In this document: in pieces, positions 1 through 9,855 of the stretch | Numbering within the stretch: position 1 is the stretch's first letter | Layout: the number at the start of each line of letters is the position of its first letter | Virus record (IMG/VR): IMGVR_UViG_3300016636_000068 | Coordinates: 1-40,110 of that record | Reading direction: 5' to 3' (one strand) | Source: a virus | Lineage: Duplodnaviria; Caudoviricetes | Length of the DNA stretch: 40,110 nt | The notes under the pieces: model-generated | Told to the model about the DNA's origin: nothing | Seen by the model: only the letters and a program-made list of their open reading frames with translations | Databases searched by the model: none | Made by a program: the position numbers and the translations under genes

Positions 1-22
1 CAGTAGCAATAGACTGAAAATC
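1..22. repeat. Terminal direct repeat (circular assembly overlap), copy 1
   Basis: CAGTAGCAATAGACTGAAAATC identical to 40089-40110. Confidence 0.95.
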
Positions 23-79
23 TCCAGCAACAGTAGAAAGATTTGCTGAAGCAAAAATACCAAGAGATAAAGGTGTCAC
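1..79 (-). CDS. 5' part of tail-associated paralog A (continues across the join into 40088-39607)
   Basis: GTG at 79 overlaps upstream TGA; reads MTPLSLGIFASANLSTVAGDFQSIAT then [27 protein letters not shown] in frame with ORF 39607..40023. Confidence 0.9.
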   Translation of the reverse strand, partial: MTPLSLGIFASANLSTVAGDFQSIAT

Positions 80-429
80 GCTGAGGTATCTCCTATCAGA
101 ACCCAAGTGTTGGTGTCACGCTTGACGATAGTCGCAGCAGACCACTGTGCTCGAAGTTTCAACCCTGGAGTTCCATTGACTGTTACCGTTGCAGCACCTG
201 CCACAGTCACTTGACCTGCGCCAGTCTGTAAGATGTTGACCTGTGATCCGACAGGAAATGCGGTAGTCGCATTTGTCGGTACAGTCAGAGTAATGGCTGA
301 AGCATTGTTGAGTTCAACCATAGTGTTGTTAGCATCTGTCAATACGATGGTGTAGGTAGTTCCAGTCTGGGCATTAGTCGTATATGCCGTAGATGGGCTA
401 ACCGTTCCGCCAATAATTCCTACGCTCAT
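76..429 (-). CDS. Small tail-fibre-associated protein
   Basis: NAQTGTTYT...LIGD domain paralogous to the C-terminus of 749..1582. Confidence 0.75.
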   Translation of the reverse strand: MSVGIIGGTVSPSTAYTTNAQTGTTYTIVLTDANNTMVELNNASAITLTVPTNATTAFPVGSQVNILQTGAGQVTVAGAATVTVNGTPGLKLRAQWSAATIVKRDTNTWVLIGDTSA

Positions 430-749
430 TAGTTACCATCCGATCCGAACGCTGAGAATGAAGTTGTGCCAGTCGTTGAATAGACTGTGATGACATCTGT
501 GTTAGCCAGTGTGATACCACCTTGGAGGCTAAATACCGCTCCTGCTGCTAGTGGTACGCCATAGGCGATGTAGTGCTGGTTAGCCAAGGTTGCACCTGCT
601 GGACGTACCGCAATGCGGATTGTGTCCTGAGCACCACCGATATTGGCTGCATTGAGTGTAGATACAATCGTTGCACTACCTGCAGTGAGAAGTGTTGTAG
701 CAGTAGCAGCAGTAGGTGCGCTCTGCGCTAGTACTTTATATGTAGGCAT
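429..749 (-). CDS. Small virion/tail protein
   Basis: MPTYKVLAQSAP start overlapping upstream stop (TAATG); T/A-rich beta-type sequence. Confidence 0.7.
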   Translation of the reverse strand: MPTYKVLAQSAPTAATATTLLTAGSATIVSTLNAANIGGAQDTIRIAVRPAGATLANQHYIAYGVPLAAGAVFSLQGGITLANTDVITVYSTTGTTSFSAFGSDGN

Positions 750-1582
750 TAGGCGCTCAAGTCTCCAATCAGTGTCCAAGAATCAGTGCCAGTCTTGACT
801 AAGGCTGCCGCTGAATACTGTGTCCGTAACTTTGTTCCAGTTCCTGTAACTGTCACACCACCTGCTCCAGCCACAGTTACCTGTCCTGCTCCGATTTGCT
901 GGATGTTGATTACTGCACCAGTAGCGAATGCAACAGAGGCATTGGTAGGCACAGTCAGTGTTATGGCGGCAGCATTGCTCAAGGTAACAAGGCGACCATT
1001 ATCGGTCAGTACCAAGGTATATGTTGTACCAGTCTGGGCATTGAGAGTCAGATTCTGTCTAGCATCATTGATGGTAGGTGTATTGATTGTTGGACTGGTC
1101 AAAGTCTTATTAGTGAGCGTATCTGTTGTCGCTCTACCGACCAAGGTATCTGTCGCTGCTGGCAATGTCAGCGTTGTGCTTCCTGCTACTGCTGTTGCTT
1201 GGACTGTGGTAGTACCAGAGGTAGAACCAGCAAAACCTACGTTTGTTACAGGTGAGATAGATGCCTTGAAAGCATTGAGATCATCGCTAGTGAGAACGTG
1301 CTTGACTGTTGCACCTGCTGAGTGTTGCACTCCAGATGTTCCAGCTCGTGCTCTAGTAATTGTAAAAGTGTCACTTGATGATGCAGTGATAAATACGATT
1401 TCTTCGTTAGTGGTATCAGGGTCAAGGGCAACAGTGAACTGGTCTACGTTGCCTGCTGCGAGTGTGACTCCACCAAGCAAGGCAGAGCCAGTTCCTGATG
1501 CCACTGTCATTGTGGTGGCGCTAGACGATATTGTTGAGGCAAGCGTCGTCTCAACGCTAATCGACGAGTATTGTCTGGTCAT
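749..1582 (-). CDS. Tail fibre/spike-like structural protein
   Basis: T/S/A/G-rich; TDTLTNKTLTSP motif typical of phage fibres; C-terminal NAQTGTTY domain. Confidence 0.7.
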   Translation of the reverse strand: MTRQYSSISVETTLASTISSSATTMTVASGTGSALLGGVTLAAGNVDQFTVALDPDTTNEEIVFITASSSDTFTITRARAGTSGVQHSAGATVKHVLTSDDLNAFKASISPVTNVGFAGSTSGTTTVQATAVAGSTTLTLPAATDTLVGRATTDTLTNKTLTSPTINTPTINDARQNLTLNAQTGTTYTLVLTDNGRLVTLSNAAAITLTVPTNASVAFATGAVINIQQIGAGQVTVAGAGGVTVTGTGTKLRTQYSAAALVKTGTDSWTLIGDLSA

Positions 1583-1591
1583 TAGCCTTCC

Positions 1592-2506
1592 TTATTTGGT
1601 GTAGTGGATTCTGATAGGGAATTTGTCTTGCAGTTTCAACGCTTCCTCCTGTAGTCGCTGTTGATACAAAGCAAAGACATAACGAGAAGCAGATGCACCA
1701 GAGTTGTATGGGTTCTTGGTGTCATTGAGATCAGCCTCAGCGCTGGATAGATTGATACGACCAGCATCAAGGAATGATAGAAGTTTGTAGCAAGCGCCAA
1801 GGATAGTTACATCAGCAGTGCTGCCAGGAAGACCAGTAACATCTTCATAGTCATCAGTATTGGCATCAAGGGTATTAGGCGTTGTTGTGTACCACACCTG
1901 CACTGTGCGTCCAGGTTGAATGTTCTCGTAGATATTGATGGTGTTGTTGGTGTTGAAGGTAGCAGCGTTTGCCATAGGGTCTGCTCTCCAGCGATTGACT
2001 GGAAGCCATTCTTCAGATGAACCAGTGGTCTGCCACGATACATACAGAATCGCCTCTAGGTCATCTGGTAGGGCGTAGGTTGTCTGAGCTGCATTGAAAG
2101 TAAAGGTAGTTGAAGCCACTGCCCACAACTTCGGATAGTACGAGTTGATAGTGTCATTGATAGCCTTCTTGATTGACACTCGTGGGAATGTTGGAGCCAA
2201 TGTTACTTGAGCATAGCGAGCGTGTGGTGAGGCTGTAGTTCCTTGGAAACCGCGACCAATCGGGTTAGTTGGAGCACCCATTACATTGAGTGTGTTGTTG
2301 GTCTTGTTGAAGGAATCAATCCAGATGAGTTCATCGTCAATCTCAATCAAACCTTTAGCAAGGTTGTCAGATGAGCCGACTTGAATCTCAAGACTAGTGG
2401 TCGTTAGACCAGCAGTGTTATTGACATAAGTGATGCGATCTTGACGGAGCGAATAACCTTGTAGGTTAGTTCTCACCTCGTCGATCATCTCGGACAGTGT
2501 TGGCAT
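1592..2506 (-). CDS. Putative head-tail adaptor / tail tubular protein
   Basis: Start MPTLSEMIDEVR after GGAAGGAA RBS; position in structural block of podovirus-like layout. Confidence 0.55.
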   Translation of the reverse strand: MPTLSEMIDEVRTNLQGYSLRQDRITYVNNTAGLTTTSLEIQVGSSDNLAKGLIEIDDELIWIDSFNKTNNTLNVMGAPTNPIGRGFQGTTASPHARYAQVTLAPTFPRVSIKKAINDTINSYYPKLWAVASTTFTFNAAQTTYALPDDLEAILYVSWQTTGSSEEWLPVNRWRADPMANAATFNTNNTINIYENIQPGRTVQVWYTTTPNTLDANTDDYEDVTGLPGSTADVTILGACYKLLSFLDAGRINLSSAEADLNDTKNPYNSGASASRYVFALYQQRLQEEALKLQDKFPIRIHYTK

Positions 2507-3566
2507 TGTTTCCTTCCGTATACCAGCCATCTCCCCACAGAGTCTCTAGTCTGTGGAAGTATTGTTCGTATTGCTTTGCAATGACATCTACAGAGTAGAG
2601 CGATACTGCTCTATCTCTAATTGCCTTGCGGTCTAGATTCTTGACGTTCTGTGTTGCCAAGATAAACTCTTCTACATTGCGGCATCGATACCCTGTCACA
2701 CCTTGTACGACAGTTTCGGTAAATGCACCCCAGTCTGTAGTAATCACTGGAGTTCCACAGGCTTGTGACTCAATGTTCACATTGCCAAATGGTTCTAAGT
2801 AGAGCGTTGGAACGAATGTAGCGATTGCCCCACCCATCAACTCTGCACGCTTCTCAGGTCCTACTGGACCGATATATTCACCATAGTTTGGTATGTGATT
2901 ACCAGGTCCTGCCATAATCAACTTAGCGCCGATGGTCTTGCAGATATGTGCTGCAATGTCTACACCTTTGCGAGCAATCATTCTGCCTACATACAGGTAG
3001 TAATCTCCATCGCCTTTGCCTAGTGGAAACATCTCAGGATCTAGATAACCTGGAATGACCGCATCAAAGAATGAACCATCTACTGTAGCTGCATCTTTAT
3101 GCTGTGCGTACACTGCGTGCATCCAAGCGTAGGATTCAAATACTCGGTAGTTAGAAAATACTCCAGAGTATCCAACACCAAACTCTACGACCATCATTCC
3201 TGGTAGAGCCAGTGCTATCGGTTGATGTGAACCACCACCGATGACGCATACAAAGTCTTTCTGTTCTGCACGCTTGCGTATCTCAGCAGCAGCCTTCTTA
3301 TTGAACTTCTGCCAGTGAGGTAACTTGTAATCAAACGGTGCTTCTACGTATGGTCTATTACCTACAACGATGCGTCGTTGTGTCTCTGTAATACAAGGGA
3401 TGAGTTCATCTACCTCAGCTTCGTTTTCTTCGCCAGCGTAGAGATAGACTGTGTGGCCTAAGCCCTTCATCATATTGCAGAATCTGCGTACCTTTTCAGT
3501 GTACGCACATCCTGCGTAATCTTTAGTTGTTTGGGTATGTGGTAGTGATACAACGTGAAATCTCAT
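2466..3566 (-). CDS. Glycosyltransferase (GT-B fold, GT4-like)
   Basis: YVGRMIARKG and EPFGNVNIESQACGTPVITTDWGA motifs. Confidence 0.9.
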   Translation of the reverse strand: MRFHVVSLPHTQTTKDYAGCAYTEKVRRFCNMMKGLGHTVYLYAGEENEAEVDELIPCITETQRRIVVGNRPYVEAPFDYKLPHWQKFNKKAAAEIRKRAEQKDFVCVIGGGSHQPIALALPGMMVVEFGVGYSGVFSNYRVFESYAWMHAVYAQHKDAATVDGSFFDAVIPGYLDPEMFPLGKGDGDYYLYVGRMIARKGVDIAAHICKTIGAKLIMAGPGNHIPNYGEYIGPVGPEKRAELMGGAIATFVPTLYLEPFGNVNIESQACGTPVITTDWGAFTETVVQGVTGYRCRNVEEFILATQNVKNLDRKAIRDRAVSLYSVDVIAKQYEQYFHRLETLWGDGWYTEGNNANTVRDDRRGEN

Positions 3567-3571
3567 AGTGA

Positions 3572-4472
<901 letters not shown>

Positions 4473-4476
<4 letters not shown>

Positions 4477-4826
4477 GTAGTCACAGCTCCTGTCACGATG
4501 AACTTACCTTCAAGAATTCTTGTTATGGTAGTTCCTGAATCTAAAACTAAGTCATAGGCATATCGACCAGCATCGATATCGCCTGTAATGGTAGATGACA
4601 GAGTTACTGTCACACGTCCATTGATAGCATCAAAGACCATACGACCATTGGCAGTAGAAGCCACAACTGTTGTCGTAGATGCGCCAACGAAAGGGCGCAC
4701 TGTCATTGTCCCTGTGTATCCTGTCAGGTTCCAAGGAGTGGATGTACCACTGACGTTATTCTGTACTTGGAACTGGAAAGTGAATGTAGTTGCCTGGTCG
4801 CAAACCAGATTGTATTTAGCACTCAA
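4473..4826 (-). CDS. Structural adaptor protein (BppU-N-like beta sandwich)
   Basis: DQATTF...[10 protein letters not shown]...YAYDLVL...RILEGKF pattern commonly upstream of collagen/fibre genes. Confidence 0.55.
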
Positions 4827-5110
4827 GATGAGATTCCTCTGAGAGCTTGCGCTGCAGCCAATCCAGAAGTAGAAGCGAGATAATTACATACCCCAGTAAA
4901 ATCCAACCACTTACTTTTGTCAGTGATGCCAGCAATCTCATTGAGGACTCCTACTGTGTCTGTAACTGTAGTGGTCACTGTACGAGCCGTAGCCCATTGT
5001 TGGGCTGCTAGTGCCATATCAACCATCTCGCTCATCAAGCGATAGGTTCCACCATTTGCTAGGCGATTCAACTCATCATTGAGAGTTGTGCCATACACTC
5101 CTAGTGCCAC
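4823..5110 (-). CDS. Hypothetical virion-block protein
   Basis: AGGAG RBS, coupled to neighbour. Confidence 0.6.
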   Translation of the reverse strand: MALGVYGTTLNDELNRLANGGTYRLMSEMVDMALAAQQWATARTVTTTVTDTVGVLNEIAGITDKSKWLDFTGVCNYLASTSGLAAAQALRGISS

Positions 5111-5120
5111 TATCTACTCC

Positions 5121-5279
5121 TTACTTCTTCTTTTTTGCTACTGCTGCGTTATCTACCAAGTTTGGATATGGACGACCAGCAGCTTTAGCACGCTTCTTAG
5201 CAGCAGTCTTCTGCGCTGGTGTCAGTTTCTTAGATTTCTTCTTTGGGTTTTCTGTTTCCCAGAATGCTTTCTTCTTCAC
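5121..5279 (-). CDS. 52-aa Lys-rich protein (not in ORF track)
   Basis: MKKKAFWETENPKKKSKKLTPAQKTAAKKRAKAAGRPYPNLVDNAAVAKKKK; GTGA overlap with upstream stop. Confidence 0.8.
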   Translation of the reverse strand: MKKKAFWETENPKKKSKKLTPAQKTAAKKRAKAAGRPYPNLVDNAAVAKKKK

Positions 5280-5548
5280 CACTTCACCTTATCTGCCCAA
5301 TATGCGGCGCTCATTTTGCCTTTAGCAATGTTCTTTGCGTGACGTGCCTTGAATGATTTTTGTCTAGCGGTAGGTTGTCTATCGCCTGTTACGCCTTGTT
5401 GTCCGAATCGGATGGTCTTGACTTGACTTCCTTCTTTGGCAACGACGACGTGGCTCTTAGCTGGGTGAGAAGGCGTACGCTTGGGTTTGTTGAAGCCCGC
5501 AACGCCAGCTCTTGCAAGACGCGGATCACGCTTTGTCTTTCTTTCCAT
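5276..5548 (-). CDS. Basic hypothetical protein
   Basis: KSHVVVAKEG..KTIRFGQQG..SFKARH..SAAYWADKVKW, a widespread phage small-protein pattern. Confidence 0.75.
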   Translation of the reverse strand: MERKTKRDPRLARAGVAGFNKPKRTPSHPAKSHVVVAKEGSQVKTIRFGQQGVTGDRQPTARQKSFKARHAKNIAKGKMSAAYWADKVKW

Positions 5549-5669
5549 ACTCTCCATACTTTCCTAGAACTGCACGAACCGTGCCATTCTTGTTGAGTCT
5601 GACAACCATCCCGTCTCTGATAATGACAGAGTTGAACTTCTCGCGTCGGCGGTATTGACCCGACGACAT
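5526..5669 (-). CDS. 47-aa basic protein (not in ORF track)
   Basis: MSSGQYRRREKFNSVIIRDGMVVRLNKNGTVRAVLGKYGEYGKKDKA; TAATG overlap. Confidence 0.7.
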   Translation of the reverse strand: MSSGQYRRREKFNSVIIRDGMVVRLNKNGTVRAVLGKYGEYGKKDKA

Positions 5670-5854
5670 TACTTCTTCTTTGCCTTCTTCTTAGCCATAC
5701 CTGCTTGTGATAAAGCAATGGCGATAGCCTGCTTGCGGTTCTTGACGACTGCTGCCTTCTTAGGACCCTTTGGGTCTTTGCCAGCGTGTAACTTTCCAGC
5801 CTTGAACTCGCGCATTATCTCGGCTACCTTGTCTTTCTTAGCAGCCTTTTTCAT
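5669..5854 (-). CDS. Lys-rich protein (DUF6496-like)
   Basis: KVAEIMREFKAGKLH...RKQAIAIALSQAG motif. Confidence 0.75.
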   Translation of the reverse strand: MKKAAKKDKVAEIMREFKAGKLHAGKDPKGPKKAAVVKNRKQAIAIALSQAGMAKKKAKKK

Positions 5855-6009
5855 TTGTCTAGATACCGTCCTGGATTCTTATTCTTGGACTTCAATGGCT
5901 TCTGCTTCATAATGGCAGCATCAAGTGCATTCATTTTTTTGGTAGGCATCTTGGCTGGCTTTACACCTGGCTTCTTTGTAGCAGGCTTCTTCATCGCAGG
6001 CTTCTTCAT
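5851..6009 (-). CDS. 52-aa Lys/Pro-rich protein (not in ORF track)
   Basis: MKKPAMKKPATKKPGVKPAKMPTKK...; coupled at both ends. Confidence 0.7.
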   Translation of the reverse strand: MKKPAMKKPATKKPGVKPAKMPTKKMNALDAAIMKQKPLKSKNKNPGRYLDK

Positions 6010-6152
6010 TACTTGCCCTGCTTTGGTGCTGGCTTACCCATTGCGCCTGACATCAATTTGTCATAGGTCATAAATGGCTTGTCGTTTGTATCGCTAGGCC
6101 AAGGTAGGAAGTCTTCTTCCATCTCGTACTGTGCTGGATCGTTGGCTGGCAT
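6009..6152 (-). CDS. 47-aa hypothetical protein (not in ORF track)
   Basis: AGGAG RBS; MPANDPAQYEMEEDFLPWPSD...; TAATG coupling. Confidence 0.7.
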   Translation of the reverse strand: MPANDPAQYEMEEDFLPWPSDTNDKPFMTYDKLMSGAMGKPAPKQGK

Positions 6153-6494
6153 TTAGTTCTCCTTGAGTGTCATTGTGTTTCCATCGAAGGCTTTACCAGT
6201 CTCGTTGGAAAACTTCATTGCGGCATCTATATCTTTTTGCTTGGTGGATATAGGTTCAACTCCCTGACGTACCGCGTCGTAGTAGGAGTTGACTTCTTTG
6301 TCCCATTTGATTTCTTTGGTCTTATCCCAATGTTGCCGAGTAGGGAAGCACCCTGCAAAGTTAGGCATATTGATTGCTCTGATCATCTCGTTATCGCAGA
6401 TAGAGCAAATTTCTTTTCTTTCAAACTCTGCGTAAGACTTTGATATCTCTTCTTGCACTTCACAGGTCTGGCAAATGTAATCGTATCGTGGCAT
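6153..6494 (-). CDS. FmdB-like zinc ribbon protein with C-terminal extension
   Basis: MPRYDYICQTC...CSICDNEM. Confidence 0.75.
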   Translation of the reverse strand: MPRYDYICQTCEVQEEISKSYAEFERKEICSICDNEMIRAINMPNFAGCFPTRQHWDKTKEIKWDKEVNSYYDAVRQGVEPISTKQKDIDAAMKFSNETGKAFDGNTMTLKEN

Positions 6495-6817
6495 CAGATT
6501 TGTGTAAGGTAGGAGGAATAGCCTGCATCAATAAAGATTTGGGCTTCGGCATCGCTAATAATAGACTCAGTGCCACCAAGGTAGTACGAATCAGCAGCAG
6601 CTAGCGTGTCTTGGCTTGGTGTCTGCTCTACAGTCACTGTCGTTCCATTGACGATAAATGTATAACCACGTGGAATATCTGTTAGAAATGGATTAGTAGT
6701 TCCAGTAATTGAACCACCAGTAATAGGCTTACCAGCAAGACGAGAGTATTTATCGTGGACATCAAATGATGCGCCCCACGTTTCCCAACGCCAAGGTGTT
6801 GTAAGTCTGTAACTCAT
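6494..6817 (-). CDS. Hypothetical virion protein downstream of capsid
   Basis: GGAAAGGAAG RBS before ATG 6817 (MSYRLTTPWRWETW). Confidence 0.75.
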   Translation of the reverse strand: MSYRLTTPWRWETWGASFDVHDKYSRLAGKPITGGSITGTTNPFLTDIPRGYTFIVNGTTVTVEQTPSQDTLAAADSYYLGGTESIISDAEAQIFIDAGYSSYLTQI

Positions 6818-6846
6818 TTCTTCCTTTCCTAATTTATTCACCACCA

Positions 6847-6864
6847 GGCAGGGTTGCCCCTGCC
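6847..6864 (-). terminator. GC hairpin after major capsid gene (weak terminator or stabiliser)
   Basis: GGCAGGG-GCAA-CCCTGCC, GNRA loop, no clear U-tract. Confidence 0.5.
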
Positions 6865-6878
6865 CGATAGACAACAAA

Positions 6879-7808
6879 CTAGTTGATTGTTGTAGCAGTC
6901 TCGATGCGATAAAGCGCTGCTTCACGGAGGCGGTTCCAGCCACCGAAGAGGTACCAGCCGATGGTACGGAAACGACGGAGTGCGTCGATTTCTGGACCGA
7001 TAACGACTGAAGTATCTTGAGCAAGAGCTTCAGCGAGTGCTTCACGACCAGCAACAACTGCCTTGTAAACAACGACAGAAGATGCGTTGGTCTCGGATGG
7101 AACGCGAGGTGTCTCAACGATGTAAGCACCTTCAAGCGCTCCGACTGCACCTGCGACGAACGGAGTGCGCTCGACGTACTTGGTGAGTTCCTGGAATCCA
7201 CCAGTTCCCGCTTCAGCGCGGAGATCCGCAGACTGACGTGGGTGTAGGTATGCAGCATAGAGTTCGCCAATACGTGGTACAGCCTTGTTGGTACGAAGTT
7301 GTACAACAGCCTTACGGATAAGAGCAGTTGTCATTGTGCCAGATGCTGTAACAGATGCGGTACCAGTTGCGGTTCCGCCGTAGAGAGCGTTTGATCCACC
7401 AGTCAAGACGGATGCTACAACGGTGTCGATTGAATCTGCAGCGTTGTAAGCGATGATGTCAGCGAGTGCTGAATCTACGTCGTTGAAAGAAGTGAGGTTC
7501 AACTTCTTGGTGGTTGTTACGGCTGAGCCGTATTCATTGAGTGTAACAGTAACCTGTGATGGGTTACCAAGTGCGATTGAGGAAACATCAGAAGTTTCTG
7601 TCAAAGTACCAGTCGCTGTTGCGAGATCTGAGTAGATGGAGAATACAACTGACGAACCTGGCATTGCTTGCTGTACTGGCTTGACATCAGCCAACGCACG
7701 CATCACTGGGATGGAGCGAAGCGCCATACGGACGTATTGATCGTACGCCGTCTGGACGAGGTTGCTGATTGTCGAAGACGAAGTAAGCGTACCTGTAGGA
7801 ATTGCCAC
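6879..7808 (-). CDS. Major capsid protein (N4 gp56-like family)
   Basis: 309 aa, follows scaffold; TVTLNEYG, YAAYLHPRQSADLR, RFRTIGWY motifs; biased codon use. Confidence 0.85.
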   Translation of the reverse strand: MAIPTGTLTSSSTISNLVQTAYDQYVRMALRSIPVMRALADVKPVQQAMPGSSVVFSIYSDLATATGTLTETSDVSSIALGNPSQVTVTLNEYGSAVTTTKKLNLTSFNDVDSALADIIAYNAADSIDTVVASVLTGGSNALYGGTATGTASVTASGTMTTALIRKAVVQLRTNKAVPRIGELYAAYLHPRQSADLRAEAGTGGFQELTKYVERTPFVAGAVGALEGAYIVETPRVPSETNASSVVVYKAVVAGREALAEALAQDTSVVIGPEIDALRRFRTIGWYLFGGWNRLREAALYRIETATTIN

Positions 7809-7834
7809 TTATCTTGCCTTTCGGATAGGTTCGG

Positions 7835-8305
7835 TTAGAGTCCAGACGCTCTAATGATTTCATCCAATTCTTCGCGGCTATTTGCGTTCATCAACTTCTG
7901 ATGAATCTGTGCTTGGAACTCAGGAGTAACTCCCTGTTCTACAGCATTAGTCATTCGCTGATATGCAGCAGCTTGTTTCGGATCTACATTAGGTGTTGCC
8001 TGGGTTGCTTGGGTTTCTACACCAAATACATCGGCATAGTTCTCAAGCCATTTAGATACAGACTCTTCAGTTGGGTCTATATCCTGTGGGATAAATGCAG
8101 CGATTTTGCTGTTCACCCCGCGACTAGCGAGGGCATCTTTGATTGCTCGTTCTCTGTTTGCTTTTGCAAGTGACTCATACTGCGCCTTTAGTTCAGCGAG
8201 TTCTTTGTCTTTTGCCTTTGTTGCTTTACGCAACTGTTTGACGAGATCGCCACCATCATTGGATGGTGTATCAAAGTCGTCATCTTCGTAGTCGTAGTTG
8301 GACAT
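7835..8305 (-). CDS. Putative capsid scaffolding protein
   Basis: Acidic N-terminus, coiled coil, immediately upstream of MCP. Confidence 0.7.
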   Translation of the reverse strand: MSNYDYEDDDFDTPSNDGGDLVKQLRKATKAKDKELAELKAQYESLAKANRERAIKDALASRGVNSKIAAFIPQDIDPTEESVSKWLENYADVFGVETQATQATPNVDPKQAAAYQRMTNAVEQGVTPEFQAQIHQKLMNANSREELDEIIRASGL

Positions 8306-8425
8306 AGGTCCTTCTCCCTTTGTTAGTTGGTTTCGTAGACCTCATACAGATTCGGGGACTCTCTGTATGGCTTCTACTACTGGTATTGGTGTCTCTCTAA
8401 CGGGCCAGTCGTTCCGTTAGCAGGT

Positions 8426-9853
8426 CTAGAATTGGCCTGCTCTTTCGCGGCCTAGTGCGCCTACTCCTGTTTGACCAGAGAACTGTGCAGTCTCTAGTTG
8501 TGTCAGTCTCTTGCGCTTGGCTGCAGCATCTGCTGCGCCTGAAATACCGAACGCTTCTTGTTCGGCTACAGCTTGGTCGTATGCGCCAAGCCCTTGCTTT
8601 GCATAAATCTGTGAAAGTTTTGTAGCACTTGGTAATAGTTCAGCAATGTTCTGATAACCAGCACGTGCTTGCTCTGCAGTAACTCCATACTTCTGAAGTT
8701 CTTCTGCTCTAGCAAGACCAGTAGCAAGTCCAGCCTGCTTTGCACCAGCGCCAATTTCAGCAGCGCCTACCTTACGACGAATCTCTGTAAGGGCTTTATC
8801 TGGGTCAAGAGCGTAGGCAAGAATATCTCCACCAGTAATCTCTGGATAGAACTCGCGTAGTGATGTTGCTACCTCTGGAGCAGCGTTGATAACGCGGTTC
8901 TGTGCAGTCTGAATACGATCTTCTAACTCTGCTGCAGATACGTCGCCAGCGATAAACTTCTCAAATCCTTGTTGAACGCCCATATCTCCACGTGCATAAT
9001 ACGATGCAGGTAGACCATAGTTACGCATCACGTTCTGGTATTGGTCTTCGAGTGTGATGTACTCAGCCTCAGATAGAGCGCGTAGTCCTTTATTGATGCG
9101 TTGTGCATTAGCAGCAAAGCGCTTCTTGTAAGCATCTGTCTCGCGTAGGCGCAGAGTAAACTCTGCTGGAGACAGGCCTTCTACAATAAATTCTTGTAGT
9201 GGTTTCACTAAAGAACCAAGACCGTAGCGCTCAAACTCTGAGAATAATAGGTTGTAGGCAGACTGACCTTGGCGACGCTTATCTTCTGCCGCTGCCGCTG
9301 CTGCTTGTTGAGCAGCCAACGCTGCTGCAGCTTGTTGCGATGCTAGGAGTTTAGCAAGGTCAGAGGAACCTCCTCCACCACCACCTCCACCTCCGCCTCC
9401 GCCGCCTGCGCTGCTAGAGGTTTTTAGGATTGGGGTTTTTACTAGAGTCCATTTTCCGCCAGGACCGCCAACATCTTGTCTCCATACATAATCATATGTG
9501 AAGTTGGCATCTGCTGGAGGCGGAGTTGGCTTCTCGCCTTTTGCGGCATCTTGTGTGGCTTTATATGAAAAGGTCCTAAGTTCAGTGCCAGTGAGTCCTT
9601 GTGCTTTTCCAAGTTCAGTTGCAGCAGCACGGACCGCATCTAAATTGCCAGTATTTACTGCTTGCTCTAAAGCAATAGTAGGAATCTCTATGTTCTTTGC
9701 TTGGACAGTTGCTTTACTTGCTGCAACTCCAGATTGTAAAGCGGCAAGAGAGTCAGCAAGAGTGCCACTGGTTGCAGCGGAACCTTGAGTAGTACGACTT
9801 TGTGCTAGTAAGCGAGCCTGACGTGCTCTGCGGATGTCTTCATCTTCAGCCAT
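8426..9853 (-). CDS. Putative internal virion (ejection) protein
   Basis: 475 aa, Ala-rich helical, poly-Gly linker. Confidence 0.55.
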   Translation of the reverse strand: MAEDEDIRRARQARLLAQSRTTQGSAATSGTLADSLAALQSGVAASKATVQAKNIEIPTIALEQAVNTGNLDAVRAAATELGKAQGLTGTELRTFSYKATQDAAKGEKPTPPPADANFTYDYVWRQDVGGPGGKWTLVKTPILKTSSSAGGGGGGGGGGGGGSSDLAKLLASQQAAAALAAQQAAAAAAEDKRRQGQSAYNLLFSEFERYGLGSLVKPLQEFIVEGLSPAEFTLRLRETDAYKKRFAANAQRINKGLRALSEAEYITLEDQYQNVMRNYGLPASYYARGDMGVQQGFEKFIAGDVSAAELEDRIQTAQNRVINAAPEVATSLREFYPEITGGDILAYALDPDKALTEIRRKVGAAEIGAGAKQAGLATGLARAEELQKYGVTAEQARAGYQNIAELLPSATKLSQIYAKQGLGAYDQAVAEQEAFGISGAADAAAKRKRLTQLETAQFSGQTGVGALGRERAGQF

Positions 9854-9855
9854 TA

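Noticed and set aside
1-22. End repeat as the biological terminal repeat
   Set aside because: Falls inside a coding gene and is k-mer sized, so it is an assembly overlap
786-1604. 272-aa plus-strand ORF
   Set aside because: Antisense shadow of the Thr/Ala-rich fibre gene; no RBS or recognisable motifs
6494-7306. Long +1-frame ORF overlapping the capsid gene (possible T7 10B-like frameshift extension)
   Set aside because: No slippery sequence seen; the downstream gene has its own strong RBS at 6817; capsid codon bias can leave this frame open
9372-9406. CCA/CCT/CCG tandem tract as phase-variation repeat
   Set aside because: In-frame poly-Gly linker with mixed codons
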